Source: an archaeon (GTDB lineage: Archaea > Iainarchaeota > Iainarchaeia > Iainarchaeales > CSSED10-239). Taken from it: a stretch of 7,796 bases of DNA. A program made the position numbers and the translations under genes. This document shows, in pieces, positions 1 through 5,043 of the stretch. Position 1 is the stretch's first letter, and the number at the start of each line of letters is the position of its first letter. Under the pieces are notes generated by a model. The model had not been told where the DNA came from. It ran no database searches and saw only the letters and a program-made list of their open reading frames with translations. The stretch covers positions 1 to 7,796 of the forward strand of contig JBAYPN010000031.1 of the NCBI GenBank assembly GCA_041677685.1, read 5' to 3'.

Positions 1-1
1 A

Positions 2-286
2 TATTGTTCTGAAAATAAAATCAATATTGTACAGTTGTTAATGGATTTATACTCTAAAAAATATAATAACTACCCAAAAGATATTGTAAAATTATATGTT
101 AAATATATAAAACCTACAAAAGACTTCTGTTGGTATTTTGGAGTAGACCTAATGTCTAAAAAAAATAGTTTGATTGAAAAATTAGAAAAAGATACAAAAA
201 TTAAGTATAATAATTATATAATTAACAATTGGATTCCTAAAATTAGTAAAAAAATAATTGGAAGGGAATATTATATTACAAAGTGA
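2..286 (+). CDS. Hypothetical protein, 3' end of a CDS open to the left window edge (5'-partial)
   Basis: The frame of track ORF 35..286 has no stop from nt 2 up to TGA 284-286. The TTG at 35 is therefore only the first possible start inside the window. The sequence is rich in Lys/Asn/Ile/Tyr and I recognise no motif. It sits directly upstream of a PEP-utilising mobile-domain gene, so it could be the ATP-grasp (PPDK_N-like) partner, but nothing here shows that. Confidence 0.5.
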   Translation, partial: YCSENKINIVQLLMDLYSKKYNNYPKDIVKLYVKYIKPTKDFCWYFGVDLMSKKNSLIEKLEKDTKIKYNNYIINNWIPKISKKIIGREYYITK

Positions 287-315
287 ATTAGGTGAAACTG
301 TAAGGAGTAATAAAC

Positions 316-633
316 ATGATCTTAAAAGGTATTGTAGCATCTAAATCAATTAAAGGAGTTTCTGGAAAAATAAGAATAATTAATAAGAACAATATTAGTA
401 GTTTTAAAAAAGGAGAAATATTAGTTTCTTATGATACTAACCCTAATTATCTAGTAGCTATGAAAAAATCTAAAGCTATACTTACAGAATCTGGAGGCTT
501 ATTAAGTCATGCTGCAATTGTTTCTAGAGAACTAAATATTCCTTGTATTGTAAATATTAAAAGTATTACTAAAAAACTAAAAAATGAACAGTTTGTAAAA
601 ATTAATTTTGAAAAAGGGGAAATTGAGTATTAA
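316..633 (+). CDS. PEP-utilising enzyme mobile (phosphohistidine swivel) domain protein, stand-alone
   Basis: SD AAGGAG at 302-307 lies 8 nt upstream of ATG 316. The 105-aa product carries the swivel-domain signature ...KGEILVS..TNPNYLVAMKKSKAILTESGGLLSHAAIVSRELNIPCIV..., with TxxGGxxSH holding the phospho-His. This is typical of PF00391-type domains from PEP synthase, PPDK and enzyme I. Confidence 0.85.
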   Translation: MILKGIVASKSIKGVSGKIRIINKNNISSFKKGEILVSYDTNPNYLVAMKKSKAILTESGGLLSHAAIVSRELNIPCIVNIKSITKKLKNEQFVKINFEKGEIEY

Positions 634-662
634 GTTAGTAATAATTAATAATTTGTATTATT

Positions 663-872
663 ATGAAAGAGATAAAAGGAATAACTTTATCTAAAGGATA
701 TGCAAAAGGTAAAATCCAATTTATATCTGATGCAATGGATCATAAAAAAGCAGCTAAGATATTTAAAAAAGGAAATATACTAGTTACACATATACTATTT
801 CCTGAGTTTAACCCTGTATTTTATAAAGCTAGCACTGTTGTATGTGCTGCTGTTAATCTTTTTAATAAATGA
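663..872 (+). pseudogene. Decayed or truncated paralogue of the PEP-utilising mobile domain, lacking the catalytic His motif
   Basis: The 69-aa ORF aligns with the N-terminal half of the upstream gene (IKGITLSKGYAKGKI...FKKGNILVTH..FPEFNPVFYKAS versus LKGIVASKSIKGVSGKI...FKKGEILVSY..NPNYLVAMKKSK). Where TESGGLLSH should be, it reads TVVCAAVNLFNK and then stops. The motif is not recovered in either other frame. No SD precedes ATG 663. Confidence 0.45.
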
Positions 873-922
873 TTTTTAGTTATTATATTTTCTAATAGTT
901 TTATCTTCTTTTATTCTTTTTA

Positions 923-958
923 TGATAATTTTAAACTTTTTGAAAAGATTTTAAGGTT
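923..958. repeat. Left copy of a 36-bp direct repeat bracketing the R-M cassette
   Basis: tgataattttaaaCtttttgaaaagattttaaggtt at 923-958 matches 3276-3311 at 35 of 36 positions. The single difference is c at 936 versus t at 3289. Looser T-rich similarity continues for a few nt beyond the right end. Confidence 0.9.
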
Positions 959-969
959 CTTTTTATAAT
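940..969 (+). promoter_or_regulatory. Possible sigma70-type promoter (TTGAAA-N18-TATAAT) upstream of the R-M cassette
   Basis: TTGAAA at 940-945 lies inside the repeat and TATAAT at 964-969 lies just outside it, with an 18-nt spacer. AT-rich DNA produces many such matches by chance. If the host is archaeal, the TATA-like ttttataaatata at 1003-1015 is the better candidate. Confidence 0.3.
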
Positions 970-1031
970 TTATTTTATTATTTTTACTTAAAAATAATCT
1001 ATTTTATAAATATAAGCTTTCATTTAATATT

Positions 1032-1886
1032 ATGAAAGTAAAACCTTTTATTAAATGGGCTGGTGGAAAAACACAGCTTATTAATAAAATTGAACCGGAA
1101 CTACCTATAAAAATAAATAGATATTTTGAACCATTTTTAGGTGGAGGGTCAGTTTTATTATTTATACTTCAAAAATATAACCCTAAAGAAGTAATTGTTT
1201 CTGATGTTAATTATGAACTTATTAATACTTATAATATTATTAAAAATAATGTAGAAGAGTTAATTAATTATCTTGAAATATATAAAAATAAACATTCTGA
1301 AAAATTTTATTACACTATAAGAGGACTTGAAAGTACTACTACAAAAAAACTAAAAATAAAAGTATTAAGTGATTCAAATTTAAGTGAAATTGAAAGTGCT
1401 GCAAAATTTATATATTTAAATAAAACTTGTTTTAATGGACTTTATAGAGTAAATAAAGAGAATAAATTTAATGTTCCTTTAGGAAAATATAAAAATCCAG
1501 AGATATATAATAAAGAAAATCTATTAAAATTATCAAAACTTTTAAAAAACATTGAAATTAAATGTTTTTCTTATGAAAAAATAAAAGATTTAGTTAAAAA
1601 AGATGATTTTATATATTTTGATCCTCCATATGATCAAATAAACAATAATAGTTTTACTACTTATACAGAATTTGATTTTATTAGAAAAGATCAAGAAAAA
1701 TTAAAAGATTTCTTTGATTTTTTAAATAAAAAAGGATGTAAGGTTCTTTTAAGTAATAGTTCTACAGATTTTATTAAAAGTTTATATAAAAATTACACTA
1801 TAAAAGAAATAGATGCAAGAAGAATGATAAATTCAGATTCAAGTAAAAGAGGAAATATTAAAGAAGTTTTAATAAAAAATTATTAA
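1032..1886 (+). CDS. Dam-like (alpha-class, D12 family) DNA N6-adenine methyltransferase, M1 of the R-M cassette
   Basis: The 284-aa product has the N-terminal KPFIKWAGGK and EPFLGGGSV (AdoMet-binding FxGxG) motifs. The catalytic DPPY (FIYFDPPYDQ) is at nt 1620-1631. This is the motif order of the Dam/DpnM/MboIA family (PF02086-type). Confidence 0.9.
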   Translation: MKVKPFIKWAGGKTQLINKIEPELPIKINRYFEPFLGGGSVLLFILQKYNPKEVIVSDVNYELINTYNIIKNNVEELINYLEIYKNKHSEKFYYTIRGLESTTTKKLKIKVLSDSNLSEIESAAKFIYLNKTCFNGLYRVNKENKFNVPLGKYKNPEIYNKENLLKLSKLLKNIEIKCFSYEKIKDLVKKDDFIYFDPPYDQINNNSFTTYTEFDFIRKDQEKLKDFFDFLNKKGCKVLLSNSSTDFIKSLYKNYTIKEIDARRMINSDSSKRGNIKEVLIKNY

Positions 1887-1899
1887 AGGAGTGTTTTAT

Positions 1900-2412
1900 A
1901 TGATTAAAGATGGAAAAGGTGGAGCAAATACAAAGACTGGTCTTTTTTTTGAAAAAAGAGCTTCTTTAAAAGATGTTTTTCTAAAAATTAATGGTTTTTC
2001 AATAAAACAAGATGATCTTTTTTTAAACAATAAAAAAATTGCAACTTTTTATACAAAAAATAAAATTTATACAAAATTACTTGCTAAAAATAATATTAAC
2101 TATAAAGATTATATTTCAAAGAAATTAATTCCAGATGATTGTTTATTAATATTAAATAATAGTACTTTATTTATTATTGAAATTAAATTTCAAAATGTAT
2201 CCGGCTCTGTAGATGAAAAACTACAAACTTGCGATTTTAAAAATAAACAATATAATAAATTATTAAACCCATTAAATATTAAAGTAAAATATGTGTATTT
2301 ATTGAATGATTGGTTTAAAAGCAATAATTATAAGGATACTTTAGATTATATTAAATCTGTTAATTGTTATTATTTTTTTAATGAGATTCCTTTAGAATTT
2401 TTTAATTTTTAA
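1900..2412 (+). CDS. Putative type II restriction endonuclease, PD-(D/E)xK fold, 170 aa
   Basis: SD AAGGAG at 1886-1891 lies 8 nt upstream of ATG 1900. The track's GTG at 1891 overlaps the SD and is unlikely to be the start. The motif ...LIPDD(2131-2139)...LFIIEIK(2179-2187)... fits P-D-x14-E-x-K. The gene lies between two methyltransferase genes, the M-R-M order known for MboI. I recognise no similarity to DpnII or MboI endonucleases, which are ~280-290 aa. Confidence 0.6.
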   Translation: MIKDGKGGANTKTGLFFEKRASLKDVFLKINGFSIKQDDLFLNNKKIATFYTKNKIYTKLLAKNNINYKDYISKKLIPDDCLLILNNSTLFIIEIKFQNVSGSVDEKLQTCDFKNKQYNKLLNPLNIKVKYVYLLNDWFKSNNYKDTLDYIKSVNCYYFFNEIPLEFFNF

Positions 2413-2468
2413 TTCGGCCAGCTACCCTCTTTAGAAAAAGATATATACATTTACTACTATATATTTAT

Positions 2469-3278
2469 ATGAACTATTATAATTCTTCAGATTTTAAATT
2501 ATACAAAGGAAATTGTATAGATATTTTAAAGAAACTACCTGAAAATTCAGTAGATTTAATTTTTGCAGATCCTCCTTATTTTCTTTCAAATAATGGTATT
2601 TCTTGTAAAGCAGGAAAAATGGTTTCTGTAAATAAAGCAAAATGGGATGTTTCTTCTGGTTTTGAAAAAGATTTAGAATTTAATTTAAATTGGCTTTCTG
2701 AAGCAAAAAGAGTACTAAAAGATAATGGTAGTATTTGGGTATCTGGAACAATGCATAATATTTATCAAATTGGATATGGTTTTCAAAAACTTGATTATCA
2801 TATATTAAATGAAATAAGTTGGTTTAAACCAAATGCACCTCCAAACCTAAGTTGTAGATTTTTTACACATAGTCATGAAACTTTATTGTGGGCTAGAAAG
2901 GATAAATCTTCAAAACATAAATTTAATTATAATTTAATGAAAGAATGGGATGATAATATAAGTGAAAGTGGAAAACAAATGAGAAGTGTTTGGTCTATAC
3001 CTTTAACTTCTAAGTTTGAAAAGATTAATGGCCCTCATCCAACTCAAAAACCTATAGAACTCTTAAAAAGAATTATTTTATCTTCTACTGATAAAGGAGA
3101 TTTAGTATTAGACCCATTTAATGGTTCTGGAACTACTGGTATTGTATCTAAGATGTATGGTAGAAAATATATTGGAATTGATCTTGAGAATAAATATCTT
3201 GATTTAACTATTAAAAGATTAGATTCTATTAAAAATAAAATTATTGTTACTGAAAGGCAGGGTGCATCTAAGTTTTGA
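2469..3278 (+). CDS. Beta-class DNA N6-adenine methyltransferase, DpnA/MboIC-like, M2 of the R-M cassette
   Basis: The 269-aa product has the catalytic motif IFADPPYFLSN near the N-terminus (nt 2568-2579) and the AdoMet motif LDPFNGSGTTG near the C-terminus, which is beta-class order (PF01555-type). Long stretches resemble what I recall of DpnA (M.DpnIIB): ADPPYFLSN.G, PNLSCR.FTHS.ETLLWARK, GKQM..VW, HPTQKP..LL.RIIL.ST..GD..LDPF.GSGTTG. No SD is present, and a TATA-like aaagatatataca sits ~25 nt upstream of the ATG. Confidence 0.9.
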   Translation: MNYYNSSDFKLYKGNCIDILKKLPENSVDLIFADPPYFLSNNGISCKAGKMVSVNKAKWDVSSGFEKDLEFNLNWLSEAKRVLKDNGSIWVSGTMHNIYQIGYGFQKLDYHILNEISWFKPNAPPNLSCRFFTHSHETLLWARKDKSSKHKFNYNLMKEWDDNISESGKQMRSVWSIPLTSKFEKINGPHPTQKPIELLKRIILSSTDKGDLVLDPFNGSGTTGIVSKMYGRKYIGIDLENKYLDLTIKRLDSIKNKIIVTERQGASKF

Positions 3279-3311
3279 TAATTTTAAATTTTTTGAAAAG
3301 ATTTTAAGGTT
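3276..3311. repeat. Right copy of the 36-bp direct repeat, starting exactly at the M2 stop codon
   Basis: tgataattttaaaTtttttgaaaagattttaaggtt. Its first three bases are the TGA stop of the 2469..3278 CDS. It matches 923-958 at 35 of 36 positions. Confidence 0.9.
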
Positions 3312-3387
3312 TTTCTTTAAAAAGATTAATTTAAAAGCGTATCTACATAATATTTATTTAATACATATAGTATAAAGAGGTAATTTT

Positions 3388-3537
3388 ATGAAAATATTAA
3401 AAGAACCAGAATATAAATACAAGTTAAATAATTGTGACAAAGGTTGTTCTCAAAAATATGGTTGTGATTATTGTGGGCACGATTGTAACAATGATTGTTG
3501 GTATGATTGTAAAAACGATTGTAAAAACGATAAATAA
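3388..3537 (+). CDS. Cys/Asp-rich 49-aa small peptide, candidate RiPP precursor (not in the ORF track)
   Basis: SD AGAGG at 3376-3380 lies 7 nt upstream of ATG 3388, and the stop is TAA 3535-3537. My translation is MKILKEPEYKYKLNNCDKGCSQKYGCDYCGHDCNNDCWYDCKNDCKNDK. It has 8 Cys and 7 Asp, all in the C-terminal 34 residues after a 15-aa Lys/Glu-rich N-terminus. A radical SAM/SPASM gene follows on the same strand. Confidence 0.75.
   Translation: MKILKEPEYKYKLNNCDKGCSQKYGCDYCGHDCNNDCWYDCKNDCKNDK
3481..3531 (+). repeat. Tandem 12-nt coding repeat (gattgtNNNNNN, four units plus a partial fifth) inside the peptide gene
   Basis: The units are gattgtaacaat, gattgttggtat, gattgtaaaaac, gattgtaaaaac, then gat. 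The last two full units (3505-3516 and 3517-3528) are identical. Each unit encodes D-C-x-x. Confidence 0.9.
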
Positions 3538-3549
3538 TTCTTAATGTGA

Positions 3550-3909
3550 TTAACTGTACTCTCAGACTATATATACAATCTAGAAATTAAGCAAGAAAAA
3601 AATAAAATTACTATCTCCACTAAGTATTATGGTTTAGAAGTTGGAAAATGTACTGTAATTTATAAAAATTTAGCTTGGACTATTGATTCAATTAATGTAG
3701 ACCAAAATTTTTGGAATTATAAAATTGGTACAAAATTAATACATAATATTCTTTTTTTAACTAATTATAATTTAAAAAAAAGTATATCTAATAAAAAAAT
3801 AGATTTAATTAATTTTTTTAAAAAAATAGGCTTTAATTCAAAAAAAATAAATAATAAAATATTATTAAAACCTAATTTAAATAAAATTGAAACTAAATTA
3901 AATCCTTAT
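3550..3909 (+). CDS. In-frame open region upstream of the radical SAM CDS with GNAT-like motifs and no defined start codon; either an N-terminal domain of the maturase or a decayed separate gene
   Basis: There are 120 stop-free codons in the same frame as 3910..5043, with no ATG, GTG or TTG among them. The other two + frames close repeatedly across this span. My translation contains ...YGLEVGKCTVIYKNLAWTIDSINVDQNFWNYKIGTKLIHNILFL...KKIDLINFFKKIGFNSKK.... This resembles the GNAT beta4-alpha3 acetyl-CoA loop (degenerate) and the C-terminal FYxKxGF-type motif. Immediately upstream, an in-frame ATG (3544-3546) is followed directly by TGA (3547-3549). Confidence 0.45.
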
Positions 3910-5043
3910 TTGTATAATTTTAAAAAAGTATATCTTAATACTTATAATAATTCAATAGTTAAATTAGATTTCAAAGATGATATTATTAAATTTAAACCAA
4001 AATTAATGAAATTAGATTTTTTAGTTCCAATTTTAACTGATTTTAGATCTATATTTAAATCAATGATTGATAATGGAGAAAGTAATGGAATAAATCTAGT
4101 TACAACATATTCTTGTAATTTAAATTGTAATTATTGTTTTGAAGGCCAAAATAAAGATAAAAGAATAATTAAAGATATTTCTAAATATAATGAAATTTGG
4201 AAGTATATCTTACCAAAGATTACTAATCCTTTTTCAATAGCTTTTTTTGGTGGTGAACCTACACTTAATAAGGATTCAATTTATTTTTTTACTAATAAGA
4301 TAAGAGAATATTCAAAAAAGAAAAAAACAAAATATTATTTAAAAATGATTACAAATGGTACTTTAATAGATAAAGACTTTGTTAATTTTTTTAAACCTAA
4401 TGAATTTTCGCATATTCAATTAACTTTTGATGGTAATAAAAAAAGACATAATGAAGTTAGAGGTTATTATGATAAAATAATAGATTCTATTAAAGAAATA
4501 TATCCAATAACTAGTTCAATAGGGGTAAGATATAATATAACTAAAGATAATTGGACTGAAATTCCAATATTTATTAAAGATTTAACTAAAAAAATACCTT
4601 TAAATGTTCAAAAGAAAGTTTATTTGTCATTAGGATTTATTGATTCAAAAGATGTACAAATATCTGAATTGGATTTAGAAAAAGCAATTAAATCTACTAT
4701 TAAATTAACTAATAATTCAAATATTCGTTTTTTATCAAAACCAACTCAGAAAATTAAAAATTGTCCTGCACAACAAAAAAAAGAAGCATGGATTGATTTT
4801 GATGGTAGGAAATATTTTTGTGAAAGAGTGATTGGTCAAAAAGAATATGAAATAACTGATACTTCTAAATTTGATAATTTTTATCCTAAAGACTGTTTTT
4901 CATGTAAATTATATCCAATATGTGGTGGATATTGTTGGGTTCAAAGTGAACTTAAACAAGATTATTACTTTAATTGTCTTTATTCTAAGGCTATTGCTGA
5001 AGAAGAAATAAAAAAATATCTTTCAAAAGGTGCTAAAAAATGA
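3910..5043 (+). CDS. Radical SAM enzyme with a C-terminal SPASM domain (peptide-modifying maturase type); the true start is probably upstream of the listed TTG
   Basis: The CxxxCxxC motif (CNLNCNYC) is at nt 4114-4137, followed by FFGGEPTL (the GGE SAM motif) and ITNGTLI. The SPASM signature is complete at 4762-4977: CPAQQKKEAWIDFDGRKYFC (C-x13-G-x4-C), then CFSCKLYPICGGYC (C-x2-C-x5-C-x3-C), then a distal Cys in YFNC. That predicts two auxiliary [4Fe-4S] clusters. The TTG at 3910 has no SD, and the frame stays open for 120 codons upstream. Confidence 0.9.
   Translation: MYNFKKVYLNTYNNSIVKLDFKDDIIKFKPKLMKLDFLVPILTDFRSIFKSMIDNGESNGINLVTTYSCNLNCNYCFEGQNKDKRIIKDISKYNEIWKYILPKITNPFSIAFFGGEPTLNKDSIYFFTNKIREYSKKKKTKYYLKMITNGTLIDKDFVNFFKPNEFSHIQLTFDGNKKRHNEVRGYYDKIIDSIKEIYPITSSIGVRYNITKDNWTEIPIFIKDLTKKIPLNVQKKVYLSLGFIDSKDVQISELDLEKAIKSTIKLTNNSNIRFLSKPTQKIKNCPAQQKKEAWIDFDGRKYFCERVIGQKEYEITDTSKFDNFYPKDCFSCKLYPICGGYCWVQSELKQDYYFNCLYSKAIAEEEIKKYLSKGAKK

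Noticed and set aside
873-1031. Remainder of the truncated PEP swivel-domain gene, sought downstream of 872 or downstream of the right repeat (3312-3387)
   Set aside because: I translated all three + frames by eye and found no GGxxSH-type continuation in either place. I therefore cannot show that the gene was split by the R-M insertion, only that it is decayed.
1891-1899. GTG at 1891 as the start of the endonuclease ORF (as listed in the track)
   Set aside because: The G of this GTG is the last base of the AAGGAG SD at 1886-1891. ATG 1900 sits at an ideal 8-nt spacing, so it is the preferred start.
2415-2429. Locally GC-rich 15-mer (cggccagctaccctc) between R and M2, considered as a tRNA fragment, att site or terminator
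   Set aside because: I could find no inverted repeat, stem-loop or second copy in the window, and its similarity to tRNA ends is too weak to claim. It is noted only as a possible assembly junction under the R-M finding.
3388-3537. Reading the Cys-rich peptide as a metallothionein-like or ferredoxin-like metal-binding protein rather than a RiPP precursor
   Set aside because: This is not fully excluded. However, the strict C-x-x-D periodicity does not fit the CxC/CxxC clusters typical of metallothioneins or the CxxCxxCxxxCP motif of ferredoxins, and the gene sits immediately upstream of an rSAM-SPASM maturase. The precursor reading is favoured.
3544-3549. Possibility that TGA is a sense codon (genetic code 4 or 25), which would make ATG 3544 the maturase start
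   Set aside because: - Every Trp I translated in the conserved proteins is TGG (KWAGGK in M1, several in M2, the peptide and M16).
- The full-length Dam-like and DpnA-like genes have no internal TGA.
- M2 ends in TGA-TAA.
- The rSAM and GNAT genes use a classic ATGA overlap.
- Reading through the TGA at 870-872 gives no swivel-domain continuation.

Global recoding is therefore unlikely. Local readthrough or a sequencing error is kept as a finding.
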